Shown here: piece after piece, positions 36,854 to 46,726 of the stretch
Layout: each line of letters opens with the position of its first letter
How positions within the stretch are numbered: position 1 is the stretch's first letter
Assembly: GCA_963662305.1 (NCBI GenBank)
Contig: OY759352.1
Span: 349,035 to 413,034, forward strand
DNA from: Desulfarculia bacterium
Lineage (GTDB): Bacteria > Desulfobacterota > Desulfarculia > G963662305
Length of the DNA stretch: 64,000 nt
Reading direction: 5' to 3'
Program-made: the position numbers and the translations under genes
Notes under the pieces: model-generated
What the model saw: only the letters and a program-made list of their open reading frames with translations
Told to the model about the DNA's origin: nothing
The model's database searches: none

Positions 36854-38752
36854 ATGCTGTTCGGATATGCCGGAAAGATCCTGCGGATAGACCTTACCAG
36901 CGGTAATGTCCGAAAAGACCCTCTGCCCCCGGAGCTGGCCGAGAGATTCCTGGGCGGCCGGGGTTTTGTGGCCCGCCTGTTGTGGGAGGAGTTACCCTCC
37001 GGAGTGGACCCCTTTGCCCCGGACAACATTCTGATCATCGCCGCCGGACCGCTCAGCGGCCATCTTCTGCCGGCCAGCGGCAAAACCCATTTCGGGACCA
37101 AGTCCCCGGCCACGGGCGGCTACGCCGACTCCAACATGGGCGGGCACTTCTCCCCGGCCCTTAAATACGCAGGTTACGACGTCCTGATCCTCACCGGCCG
37201 GGCCGCTCAGCCCAGTCTGGTGAAGATCGACGACAATGAGGTGGAGATCCGCCCGGCCGGCGATTGCTGGGGCGCGGGCGCCCTGGATACCGAGGAGCGG
37301 CTGAAAAAGGATTTGGGCGAAGATTTCCAGATAATCACCATCGGCCCGGCCGGAGAACGGCTGGTCCGCTTTGCCTGCATCTCCCACGACTTCGGCCGCC
37401 AGGCCGGCCGGACCGGAGCAGGCGCGGTTATGGGTTCCAAGAACCTCAAGGCCGTGGCCGTACGGGGCAGCGGCAGCCTGCCGGTCTACGACTTGGCCGG
37501 GGCCTACCAAAAAGGCCGGGAGGCCTACCAAAAGGTCAAGGCCAAGCCCGGATTCGCGGGCTGGACCCCGGAAGGGACGGCCGGAATCACGGACTGGGTC
37601 AACGAGGTGGGGGTCTTTCCCACCCGCAATTTCCAGACCTCTTTTTTCGAGGACTACAAGAAGATCAACGGCCGGGCCGTGGTGGAGAAGTTAAAAATCA
37701 CGGACAAGGGCTGCTTCTGCTGCCCCACCCCCTGCGGCAAATACGGCCGGGCCGAGACGGCCCTGGGCTCCGCCTTTGTGGAGGGCCCGGAGTACGAGTC
37801 CATCGCCCTTCTGGGCGGCTCGTGTTTCCTCAATTCCATCCACGAGGTGGGTTTCGCCAACCACGTCTGCGACCAGCTGGGCCTGGATACCATCTCGTCC
37901 GGGGCCGTGGCCGGTTGGGCCATTGAGTGTTTTGAGAAAGGGCTGCTGTCAAAAGAGCAGGTGGGCCGGGAGATCCGCTTCGGGGACCTGGATTCCCTGG
38001 TCTATCTTTTCAACCGGATCGCCTTCCGCGAGGGGATCGGCGACCTGCTGGCCGAGGGGGTCAAACGGGCATCCCGCAAAATCGGGCGGGGCTCGGAAGA
38101 TTTCGCCATCCATGTCAAGGGATTGGAATGGTCCGGCTACGAGTGCCGCAACGCGCCGGGGATGATGCTGGCCTACATGACCGCGGACGTGGGGGCCCAC
38201 CACAACCGGGCCTGGGTCCTGGGCCACGACGTGGCCGGGTCTGCGGCCAGCGTCCACGACCTGATCTCGGGCGGCGGCCGGGCTGAAAAAATGCCCAAGA
38301 GCCCGGTCTCCGGCAAATCGGAAAAGGTCATGGAGTTGCAGCACATCCGGCCTTTGTTCGACTGCCTGGGCATCTGCCGGCTGCAGTACATGGAGTTGGG
38401 CTTTGAGGTGGAGAACTACGAGGAGCTGTTCTTTCTGATCACAGGGCAGAGGCTCTCCTGGGAGCAGATGCTCAAGATCTCGGAACGGGTCTGGCATTTG
38501 ACCCGGTCCTTTTCTGTCCGGGAGATCCCGGACTTTGGGCGGAAGTACGATTACCCTCCGGCCCGGTTTCACCAGGAGCCGGTGCCCACCGGGCCCAACA
38601 AGGGTCATTTGCTCACCCAGGAGGAACTGGAGCTTCTTCTGGACGAATACTACCAGGCCCGGGGCTGGGACAAAAACGGCATCCCCACATCCCAGACCCT
38701 GGAAAAACAGGGCCTGGAGGACGTGGCCCAGACCCTGGCCAAGAAAAGTTGA
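36854..38752 (+). CDS. Aldehyde:ferredoxin oxidoreductase (tungsten-containing AOR family), copy 2
   Basis: 632 aa; GKILRIDLTSG..., AOR domains; ATG immediately after the ferredoxin stop with GGAGGG RBS. Confidence 0.88.
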   Translation: MLFGYAGKILRIDLTSGNVRKDPLPPELAERFLGGRGFVARLLWEELPSGVDPFAPDNILIIAAGPLSGHLLPASGKTHFGTKSPATGGYADSNMGGHFSPALKYAGYDVLILTGRAAQPSLVKIDDNEVEIRPAGDCWGAGALDTEERLKKDLGEDFQIITIGPAGERLVRFACISHDFGRQAGRTGAGAVMGSKNLKAVAVRGSGSLPVYDLAGAYQKGREAYQKVKAKPGFAGWTPEGTAGITDWVNEVGVFPTRNFQTSFFEDYKKINGRAVVEKLKITDKGCFCCPTPCGKYGRAETALGSAFVEGPEYESIALLGGSCFLNSIHEVGFANHVCDQLGLDTISSGAVAGWAIECFEKGLLSKEQVGREIRFGDLDSLVYLFNRIAFREGIGDLLAEGVKRASRKIGRGSEDFAIHVKGLEWSGYECRNAPGMMLAYMTADVGAHHNRAWVLGHDVAGSAASVHDLISGGGRAEKMPKSPVSGKSEKVMELQHIRPLFDCLGICRLQYMELGFEVENYEELFFLITGQRLSWEQMLKISERVWHLTRSFSVREIPDFGRKYDYPPARFHQEPVPTGPNKGHLLTQEELELLLDEYYQARGWDKNGIPTSQTLEKQGLEDVAQTLAKKS

Positions 38753-38982
38753 ACCTGACCCTGACCCTTTCCGGGGGTCTGCGGGCCGTGCTCAGCGACC
38801 TGCCGGAGCGCATGGAGCTGGACCTGGACAGGCCGGCCATGGTCTGGGAGATCCTGCTCCGGGCCGGGATCAACCCCGGCCTGGCCATGATGGTCTTTCT
38901 GGACGGCAGAAGGGCGGATCTGGACCAGGTGGTTGAATACGATTGTGAGCTGACGGTGGTTGGTCCTGCGGCCGGGGGGTGA
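38749..38982 (+). CDS. MoaD/ThiS-family sulfur-carrier protein (C-terminal Gly-Gly)
   Basis: 77 aa ending ...TVVGPAAGG; TTG start overlaps the AOR-2 TGA (TTGA). Confidence 0.75.
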   Translation: MNLTLTLSGGLRAVLSDLPERMELDLDRPAMVWEILLRAGINPGLAMMVFLDGRRADLDQVVEYDCELTVVGPAAGG

Positions 38983-39124
38983 TTATTCACCTTGGGCAGC
39001 CGCGGACTGCTCCTGTCTTTTAAACGACCCATCACCGTTAATCATTATTTTCTCAGGATACGGGGAGAGGCGGCCCCCGGAAACCGGGCCGTTTTTCAAG
39101 GCGGAAAACGGGGCTGACGGCGAT

Positions 39125-40234
39125 TTACCGAGGGTAGCCGTATTTTTCAAACCACGGTCCCCACTCTTGGGCCACTTTATCCCGGGCCTGGGCGACGAGA
39201 ACAAACCTGTTTTTGCGATAGTCCTTAATTCCTTCCAGATACTGGGTCGCCTTTTTCTCCAGGGCCTGGAATCCCGGCAGATCCAATCCGCGGTAGATCC
39301 GTTCCAGGCAGGCCAAGGGTTTCTTTTCCAGGTCCTCGTAGCGGACCTCGACCAGGTGTCCCGGGGGGATCAGATTCCGGTCCCGTTCAAAAAGAGCATG
39401 CATCTCCTTGTACCAGGATAGAATGATCTCCTGGACCCGATCAGGCCGCGGTTCCTGAAGATGAATTCCGGATATGGTTTTTCGCCACAGATTCACGGTG
39501 GAAAGATAGACATCGTATGGATTGCGGAAAAGGTGGACGAACCTGGCCTGGGGATAAAGCTCCAGCAGAATTCTGATCCTGGCCATGTGGGGCGGCGATT
39601 TGAGCAGAACCCGCCGGCCTTTGGTGAAAGTCAGTTTCCTGACATACACGCTCAGGGCATTTTTATACTTTTCCAGATCCTTGGCGGGCAGGGCCAGGGG
39701 ATCCAGGAGGGAATGGGGCTCGTCCCCGCTGACCGGAAACATGAATTTGAAGTAGGGGGAGGATAGACAAAGGGCGGCCAGGGCGAACTCGTCCTCATTG
39801 GGCCGAAAGGCGGACAGGGCCAGGTTGTCCATGGGTCTGGTGGGGGGCAACAGCCGATTAAGGACGGGAGCCCCGAGTCTTTGGCAGTAAAGATAGATGT
39901 GGGGAAAGGAAGTCTGGAAATAATTGGGGGTGTAGAGATTGTCGTCCAGGAACATGAGGTTCTGGAGGTGGGTGGTTCCGGAGCGGAAATGGCCCAGGAT
40001 AAAGACAGGGGGATGTTCGATCCTTCTTTTTTCCACCTTGGGCCGGTTCAGCCTTTTTTCATAGGGGCTGAACGCGGAGTTATAGCAGGAGGCGGTTACC
40101 AAACCGGCCAGGTGCGGCACTCTGGACGGGGACACCCGAAAATTGTTCCGGGCCAGAACCCGGAAAAGATCCATGAACCTCATCCCGGTGAGGGGCTGCA
40201 TAAAATGCCCGGCAATTAAGCGGCTGGCCTTCAT
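39125..40234 (-). CDS. Sulfotransferase-family protein
   Basis: 369 aa; ILGHFRSGTTHL 5'-PSB (PAPS phosphate-binding) motif and downstream RNPYDV 3'-PB-like region. Confidence 0.7.
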   Translation of the reverse strand: MKASRLIAGHFMQPLTGMRFMDLFRVLARNNFRVSPSRVPHLAGLVTASCYNSAFSPYEKRLNRPKVEKRRIEHPPVFILGHFRSGTTHLQNLMFLDDNLYTPNYFQTSFPHIYLYCQRLGAPVLNRLLPPTRPMDNLALSAFRPNEDEFALAALCLSSPYFKFMFPVSGDEPHSLLDPLALPAKDLEKYKNALSVYVRKLTFTKGRRVLLKSPPHMARIRILLELYPQARFVHLFRNPYDVYLSTVNLWRKTISGIHLQEPRPDRVQEIILSWYKEMHALFERDRNLIPPGHLVEVRYEDLEKKPLACLERIYRGLDLPGFQALEKKATQYLEGIKDYRKNRFVLVAQARDKVAQEWGPWFEKYGYPR

Positions 40235-40279
40235 TTCGGTCCTGATTCCCGGCGGACGGTCCGGGTTAAGCCAAACAGT

Positions 40280-41050
40280 CTAGCGGCCATGATACTTGGG
40301 CCGATCAGGGCGATAGGATACGAGGGGCGGGGCCAGGCCCAGCAGCACGGCCAGGGAGTTCACGATCCGGATCAGATAGGTCCGCAGCAGGCCGCATTCC
40401 CGGTATCTTCTCGGAGACTCGAAGACCCTCAGGCCTGTAATAAGCCTGGTCCGCCCCAGCCGGCCCAGCCGTCTGAAAAGATCCACATCCTGGGCCACGG
40501 ATAATTCCTCGTTGTAGCCGTTGACCCTGAAAAACGCCTCCCTGTCCACGATCTGGCACCAGCCGCCCGCGACGTGGATATTCAGCAGGTTCTCGGTCCA
40601 GATGAGCAGGTCCTGCGCCAAAAGAAGGACCCTCTCCGAAGCCCTGGCCCGCCCCGGTTCCACGGCCAGCCTGGAAGTGGCCGCCACGAGTCGTCCCCGG
40701 TCGAAGACCTTCTCCGCCAGGGCGAAGAAATCGGCCGGATTGGGAATCCGGGTGTCGGCGTCCAGAAAGATTAGAATCCGGCCCCCGGACTGCCAGGCCC
40801 CCCGGTTACGGGCGGCGCCCGGCCCGGTCCGCTGCCCCGGAAGCGCCTTGACCACAGTGTCGGCCAGCCCCTGGACCTGCTCCAGGGTGCCGTCACTGGA
40901 ACCGTCGTCCGAGACGATTACCTCCACGCCCAAGGACTCCCTGGCCCGGGCCAAGCCTTCCAGGGTCGAGCGTATATATCCGGCTTCGTTGCAAGCAGGT
41001 ATAATTACGCTTATCCGGACGGATCGGCGATCTCGGAGAGGATCGGCCAC
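40280..41050 (-). CDS. Glycosyltransferase family 2
   Basis: ISVIIPACNEAGYI...VSDDGSSDGT...FLDADT (DxD) GT-A fold motifs. Confidence 0.85.
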   Translation of the reverse strand: MADPLRDRRSVRISVIIPACNEAGYIRSTLEGLARARESLGVEVIVSDDGSSDGTLEQVQGLADTVVKALPGQRTGPGAARNRGAWQSGGRILIFLDADTRIPNPADFFALAEKVFDRGRLVAATSRLAVEPGRARASERVLLLAQDLLIWTENLLNIHVAGGWCQIVDREAFFRVNGYNEELSVAQDVDLFRRLGRLGRTRLITGLRVFESPRRYRECGLLRTYLIRIVNSLAVLLGLAPPLVSYRPDRPKYHGR

Positions 41051-41206
41051 TTTTCGGCCCCCTGCCGACGCACGCGGCGCCGTCTTGTATTCTCAGGGTT
41101 TATGAGGCATATTGGCTCATGCTCCGCATCAAGGATAAAATATAACCCATTCAAACCAGGGTCCTATGATCTGTCAAGTGGGCCCTGACCATAGCCTTTC
41201 TTAAAA

Positions 41207-42625
41207 ATGAATCCAAGGACTTTAATCAACCAGGCCTCCTCCCTGATAGCAGCCAGAATCATCAAGGATTCCATCACGTTTTTGCTCATGCTCTGGCTGG
41301 CCAGGACCGATCAGTCCGGATTCGGGCTGTTGTCCTTCGGGGTGGGCCTCTCCTTCCTGGTCCTGGCCTTTCTGGACCTGGGCCTGGACCAGTATCTGCT
41401 CCGGGAGTACAGCAAAAAGCAGGAGCCGCCCCTGGAACTCCTGAACACCCTGCTCAGACTCAGGGCCTTCCTGGGGCTGGCCCTGACCGCCGGAGTGGCC
41501 GTGGTTCTGGCCCTCCAGAGCTACGGGCTGAACCACATGGTTCTGATCCTGGGCATCTGCCTGACCAGGGTCATGGAGTCCTGCGCCGAATCCCTGCTGA
41601 ACGTCTACCGGGCCAGGGGGCGCCAGGTTCTGGAGGCCTGGCTTTCCACTGCGGCCCTGCTCGCCGGGGCGGCTTTCGGCGCCCTGCTGTTTCTCCTGGG
41701 CAGGGGCTCCGAGGCGGTGGTTCTGTTTCTCGTTATTTACGCCGGGTTGAGGCTGGCCCTGGTGACCGGCGCAGGCCTAAGAAACGGCCTTTTGGCCGGA
41801 GTGACCCTCCGGCCCCTGTTCCCCCTGGGTGCGGCCGGATTGGCCGACCATGGCCGGGGTCTGCTGGTCCTGGTGGCCGTCTATCTCTGCGGCACTTTTT
41901 TCAACCGGGTTCAGCCTTTGTTTCTTAAGCAGTACCAAGGCCTGACCGAGGTGGCCCTGTTCGGCTCCTCCTACGACCTGACCGGGGGGGTGCTGTCCAT
42001 TATCTCCCTTCTGATTCTGGGGCGGGTAGTCTTTCCCCGTCTGGTGGCCACCCTGGGCCGGAGTAAGGCGGAGTTCCAGGCCGTGGTGGGGGCTCACCTG
42101 CAAAGGTTGGTTCTGGTGGGGGCGGCCCTGACCTTTTTCTTCTTTCTCCGGGGCGGCCCCCTGCTGGTCCTTATTTACGGGCCGGATTACGCCGGAGCCG
42201 CGCTCCCGGTGCAGATCCTGGCCTGTTCCCTGATCCCCTCCCTGATCAACAACTACCTGGTTCTGGTCTGGCTGGCCGAGGGCAGGTACCGCCTCCTCCT
42301 GTGGTCCCACGGCGGCGCGGCCCTCTCCTCCCTGGTCCTGGGTTTTTTCCTGGTCCCGCCCCTGGGCCCCCAGGGCGCCGCCCTGAACCTTTTCATCTCC
42401 AGGGCAATCATGACCCTCCTGTTCCTTGTTGCGGCCCAGCGCAGCTACGGCCTCCTTTGCTCTTCCTCCAACCTCAAGGCCCTGGCCGGGCCGTTCATTC
42501 TTATGGGAACATATCTGGGCCTGGCGGGGTGGAATTTTCTGTGGGCGGTCAGGATCTCCCTGAGCTTGTACGCCCTCTGGCTGTGGACAGCCTATTTTCG
42601 GCGCGATCTAATGAAGGAGGAATAG
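41207..42625 (+). CDS. Polysaccharide biosynthesis protein / oligosaccharide flippase (Wzx-like, MOP superfamily)
   Basis: 472 aa, ~12-14 predicted TM helices, Polysacc_synt-like N-terminus. Confidence 0.75.
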   Translation: MNPRTLINQASSLIAARIIKDSITFLLMLWLARTDQSGFGLLSFGVGLSFLVLAFLDLGLDQYLLREYSKKQEPPLELLNTLLRLRAFLGLALTAGVAVVLALQSYGLNHMVLILGICLTRVMESCAESLLNVYRARGRQVLEAWLSTAALLAGAAFGALLFLLGRGSEAVVLFLVIYAGLRLALVTGAGLRNGLLAGVTLRPLFPLGAAGLADHGRGLLVLVAVYLCGTFFNRVQPLFLKQYQGLTEVALFGSSYDLTGGVLSIISLLILGRVVFPRLVATLGRSKAEFQAVVGAHLQRLVLVGAALTFFFFLRGGPLLVLIYGPDYAGAALPVQILACSLIPSLINNYLVLVWLAEGRYRLLLWSHGGAALSSLVLGFFLVPPLGPQGAALNLFISRAIMTLLFLVAAQRSYGLLCSSSNLKALAGPFILMGTYLGLAGWNFLWAVRISLSLYALWLWTAYFRRDLMKEE

Positions 42626-42636
42626 CCTCTCTCAGC

Positions 42637-43737
42637 TCATCTCCGCCCCGCCACCCGCAGAAAAAGATCCTCATGCCTCCGGACCATCCGGCTCAGGGGA
42701 AACTCCTCAACGGCCCGTTTGCGCCCGGCCAGTCCCATCTCTGCCCTTAGTCCTGGGTTTTCCGCCAGCCGATCCAAAGCCCGGGCCAGATCGGCCGGGT
42801 CCCTGGGCCGAACCAGGAATCCGGTCCGGCCCTCTTGGATCAGCTCGTCGGTTCCTCCGGCCAGGGTCGAGACCACCGGCAGGCCGCAGGCCATGGCCTC
42901 CAGGATCACATTGGGCAGGGACTCCTGCACCGAGGAAAGGGCCACCATATGGGCCGCGTGATAATGGCTCCGGATATCCGTGCCCGTGGGCGGGAAGGAG
43001 AAGCTTTCAGGCGGCAGCTGCTTTTGGGCCAGGGCCCTGATCCTATTTTTCAGGGGCCCCTCCCCCACCAGCATGAGACCGGCCTGGGGATGTTTTTTCA
43101 ACAACAGGGCAAAGGCCGATATCAGGGTGGCCTGGTCCTTGTCCTTGACCATCCGGGCCACGGAAAGGATAACCGGGCCGCCCCGGGGCGGGTCCGGAGC
43201 CGGCCGGAAACACTCCGAATCAACGCCGTTGAAGATGATCGTCATCCTTTCGGCGGAGATACGGTAGTTTTCCATTGCAAAATTCCCCACCGCCGCGCTG
43301 TTGGAGATGAGATGGTGGGCCAGGGGCCAAAGCAGCCGCTCGTGCTGTCGCCAGACCGCGCCGTTGCGGCAGTTGCCGATGATCCCCAACCCCGGCACGG
43401 TCCGCCCCAGCAGACGGCCCCAGATGTTGGGCACCACGGTCAGGAGAACCAACAGGTCGGGTCTTCTTTTGCGGATGGCCCGCCACAACCGGACCAGGGC
43501 CGGAGGGGCCACCCAGGGAGCCGACTCCAGACGGACCAGGGGGACCCCCCAGTCTTGGGCCAGGGGAGTCAGGTCGTCCCCCTGGGCCAGGGTCCAGACT
43601 TCCGGCTGAAACCTGTCCCGGTCCAGGCCCCTGGCCAACTCCAGGGTCTGGCGCTGGGTGCCGCCGAATTTCAGATCCTGGAGGATAAAGGCGACCTTCA
43701 GCCGGGGCCGATCCGGGAAACCGCTCAGCTCAATCAT
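42637..43737 (-). CDS. Glycosyltransferase family 4 (GT-B)
   Basis: 366 aa; Glyco_trans_4 N-domain and C-terminal EGFGLPVLEAMA-like motif (ESLPNVILEAMACGLPVV). Confidence 0.85.
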   Translation of the reverse strand: MIELSGFPDRPRLKVAFILQDLKFGGTQRQTLELARGLDRDRFQPEVWTLAQGDDLTPLAQDWGVPLVRLESAPWVAPPALVRLWRAIRKRRPDLLVLLTVVPNIWGRLLGRTVPGLGIIGNCRNGAVWRQHERLLWPLAHHLISNSAAVGNFAMENYRISAERMTIIFNGVDSECFRPAPDPPRGGPVILSVARMVKDKDQATLISAFALLLKKHPQAGLMLVGEGPLKNRIRALAQKQLPPESFSFPPTGTDIRSHYHAAHMVALSSVQESLPNVILEAMACGLPVVSTLAGGTDELIQEGRTGFLVRPRDPADLARALDRLAENPGLRAEMGLAGRKRAVEEFPLSRMVRRHEDLFLRVAGRR

Positions 43738-45031
43738 GCCAACCGTCCCCGTGTTTTCGGCCCATCGAAGAATTTGTCCTAAAAAGTTTCATCAACAGAC
43801 GGGAATTGATCTCCGGATCAAACTCCCTCCCTGCCAGGTCCCGGCCCCTGCGGCCCATCTCCACGGCCTTGTCCCGGTCCGAGACCATCCGGTGAACCGC
43901 TTTGGCCAGTTCCATTGGATCGGCCCGTTCCACCAGGATTCCGGTCTCGTTGTGACGAACCGCTTCCCTTATGCCGGAGACATCCGTGGCCACCACGGGC
44001 AGGCCGTGGGACAGGGCCTCCACAATGACGTTGGGCAGGCCGTCCCGGTCACCCTTGGACCGGACCAGGCTGGGCGCGACCAGCAGATCAGCCCTGCGGT
44101 AATAGACGCCCACCCGGTGGTGCGGGACGAACCCCGGAAAGCGGATTTCTTTTTGCAGACCCAGCTCCCGGGTCAGTCCGATAAGCCGCCTTTGGCAGGG
44201 ACCGGAGCCCACCAGGTCCAGCCGGAAATCCAACCCTTGGGAGGCCAAAAGGGCGCAGGCGCGGATCAGAAACTCGAACCCTTTTTTGCGGACCATCCGG
44301 CCCACGGCCAACAGCCGGAAGGGCGGCTCCAGGCGCAGCAAAGCCAGGTCCGTGTGCTCCAGGGTCAGGGGTGAATGGATCGTCCAGATCTTGGCCCCGC
44401 AATCCGGGGCCTGCCTGAGCAGATGGGCCGGAGTGGCCCGGCTCTCGGTCCGCACAAAAACCGCAGCCCGCATTTTTTCCGCCAGGGCCCCGTCCGGAGG
44501 AAAGATGTCCACGGCCCTGGCCGAAAAGCTGAAGGGGATGCCGGTAAGCAAGGAGGCGACCCAGGCCGCCGTGGCCGGGCCGTTGGCCCAGGCGGCGTGG
44601 ATGTGGCCCACGCCCTTTTCCAGGCATCTCCGCCCCAGGGCCAGCCCGGCCCAAAAGGCCCAGATGTTCTCCCCGGTCTGCTCCAAGTCCCGCCATTTTC
44701 TCTCCAAAACCGTGCGCATGGTCCGGTTGACCAGGCCGGGCCTTTCCCGCCGCCAGTAATTGACCTCCCGCCCCAGGGAGGAGAGACACCTGACCCCCAG
44801 CCGCTCCACGGGCACTCCGGGAGCGGCCATCTCCGGGGAGAGGTTTTTTTTCAGCGGACCGTACAGGGTAAAGACGATCAGCGGCAGCCCCCGCTCCCAA
44901 AGCCCTTTTACCTCCCGAAAGACGAACGTCTCCGAGGGTTTGGGAAACCAGTGGGCCACAAAGGCCGTCTTGGGCAAGCGAGAGTTCAATCCGTCTTGTT
45001 CCAATGCCGCCGCCTGGGTTTCATCGGCCAA
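43730..45031 (-). CDS. Glycosyltransferase family 4 (GT-B); probable TTG start at 45031 (ATG of the ORF track at 45127 would overlap the upstream gene by 107 nt)
   Basis: ...GDRDGLPNVIVEALSHGLPVVATDVSGIREAV... GT4 motif; N-terminal KTAFVAHWFP typical GT4 start region. Confidence 0.75.
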   Translation of the reverse strand: MADETQAAALEQDGLNSRLPKTAFVAHWFPKPSETFVFREVKGLWERGLPLIVFTLYGPLKKNLSPEMAAPGVPVERLGVRCLSSLGREVNYWRRERPGLVNRTMRTVLERKWRDLEQTGENIWAFWAGLALGRRCLEKGVGHIHAAWANGPATAAWVASLLTGIPFSFSARAVDIFPPDGALAEKMRAAVFVRTESRATPAHLLRQAPDCGAKIWTIHSPLTLEHTDLALLRLEPPFRLLAVGRMVRKKGFEFLIRACALLASQGLDFRLDLVGSGPCQRRLIGLTRELGLQKEIRFPGFVPHHRVGVYYRRADLLVAPSLVRSKGDRDGLPNVIVEALSHGLPVVATDVSGIREAVRHNETGILVERADPMELAKAVHRMVSDRDKAVEMGRRGRDLAGREFDPEINSRLLMKLFRTNSSMGRKHGDGWHD

Positions 45032-46688
45032 TACTTCCGGCCTCCACCAGCCATATTCCGGGCATAATCTCCTGCCGGCCCCCATTGCCGCCCCGGAGCA
45101 GAGCATAATCCCGCCCTGGCCGGACAAGCTCCCGGATCAGCCTGTCAAAGGGAGCGAAAAACGGTTTTCCCGTCATGAATTGGGGATTGAAGCACCTCTC
45201 CTCCACGACCAGGTGGGTGACTCCGTATTTCCGGCAGAACAAGGCCGCCTCCTCCGGATCCGGGCTGTAATAGGCCCTGAACAGATCCTCCAGGAGGGGC
45301 TTTTCCTTTTGCCACAGGCCCGCGGACCAGGGATGGGCCTGCTCATAGTTTATCAGCACCGGCCTGCGGCCGAAGGTCTGGACGTTGTCCATGGTCCGGG
45401 GGTGCCCGGCCAGCCGGGCCTCCTGGGGCAGAGCCAGAACCGCCTCGTAGGCCGGCCTGAGTTCGCCATAGTCGCTCAGGCCCACCCCGTGGAGACGCCA
45501 GGCGCCGGCCAGGGCCGCCGCAGCAAGGACCAAGGCAAAGACCCGGCCTGAGTTCAGCCCCGGCCGGAGCGCGGCGTAGATCCCCCAGGCCAGAAACAGG
45601 CAGAAGAAAAGATGGAAGGGATAGATGACGAAGCGGTTGGGCACAAAAAGCCTCAGGGCCAGAATACGGGCCAGGAGATAAAGGATCCCCGAGGCCAGGA
45701 CCAGAAAGACCACCGGGGCGAACCCGGCCGTTGTTCGTGCGGGGAAGGAAGAGGTTCTCCATTTTCTGAACTCGCAAAACAACCCGAAACTGGCCAGGCC
45801 CAGAACACCCAGGCTCACGGCCAGGCCGGGCCGGAATCCCAGTTCATGAAAAGGGCCGATCCAACCCCAGGCTCCTACACTCACCTCCCACATAAAGGGC
45901 CGGATGGGGAACAGCCTCAGCCGCCCGCCCGCCCCCAGTTCCGGCATCTCCAGAGCCTCGGCCCCGGCCGCCCAGGGCCCGAACCCGGCCGCAATCAGAC
46001 GATGGTTGAGATAAAAGACCAGGGCCGCCCCGGCCAGGAGAATAAGCCAATGATTTATCCTACCCAGATAGGGCGGCCGCCATATTCTCAGCCCCAGGAG
46101 CGGCCCGGCCCTGCCGGCCGCAAATGCCAAACCCAGAGAGAACCCGGCCAGGACGAAGATATAGGGGATGAACAGGGCCATGAGCAGGAGGGACAGGCTG
46201 ATCAGCCGGTCGTTTCGCTTCAGCCAGGCCAACCAGAAGAGGGCCAACAGGGGCGCGGCAAAGGCCCGGGCCAGGCCTCCGGAAAGATGGTAGATGAAAA
46301 AAGGCATCAACCAAAAAGCGGCAACGCAGGACCAGGCCAAACCCCTGTCTCCATACTCCCGGCCGATCAGGAACAGACAGACCCCCAACAGCGCGAACAG
46401 GAGGCCGGGCAGAACCTTGGAGAAATAGAGGGGGTCCACCACCGGGCTGAAGATCCGATACACGGCCTTGACCCCGGGCGGAACATAGAGCCTTGAGTAT
46501 CGGGTCAGATAATGGTTATGGAACAGCTCCGGGTTCTGCCACTGCTCCATCCAGTAGATCTGCTGGCGGACGTCTTCGTTGACCACATAGGGGCCGGCCA
46601 GCCCGTAAAAATGAGCGGCCCAAAAAACCAGGGCGCAGACCAGGCCGGCAACATAGGGCTCCGCGCGGTATGTTTGGGGAAAACTCAT
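45021..46688 (-). CDS. Large polytopic membrane protein, hypothetical (possible lipid-linked-glycan glycosyltransferase/polymerase)
   Basis: 555 aa, >10 predicted TM helices and a C-terminal soluble domain; no confident family match by eye. Confidence 0.5.
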   Translation of the reverse strand: MSFPQTYRAEPYVAGLVCALVFWAAHFYGLAGPYVVNEDVRQQIYWMEQWQNPELFHNHYLTRYSRLYVPPGVKAVYRIFSPVVDPLYFSKVLPGLLFALLGVCLFLIGREYGDRGLAWSCVAAFWLMPFFIYHLSGGLARAFAAPLLALFWLAWLKRNDRLISLSLLLMALFIPYIFVLAGFSLGLAFAAGRAGPLLGLRIWRPPYLGRINHWLILLAGAALVFYLNHRLIAAGFGPWAAGAEALEMPELGAGGRLRLFPIRPFMWEVSVGAWGWIGPFHELGFRPGLAVSLGVLGLASFGLFCEFRKWRTSSFPARTTAGFAPVVFLVLASGILYLLARILALRLFVPNRFVIYPFHLFFCLFLAWGIYAALRPGLNSGRVFALVLAAAALAGAWRLHGVGLSDYGELRPAYEAVLALPQEARLAGHPRTMDNVQTFGRRPVLINYEQAHPWSAGLWQKEKPLLEDLFRAYYSPDPEEAALFCRKYGVTHLVVEERCFNPQFMTGKPFFAPFDRLIRELVRPGRDYALLRGGNGGRQEIMPGIWLVEAGSIGR

Positions 46689-46726
46689 GGTCGGGGTATT
46701 TTAGGCCGGCAGGCAATGGTTTGCAA

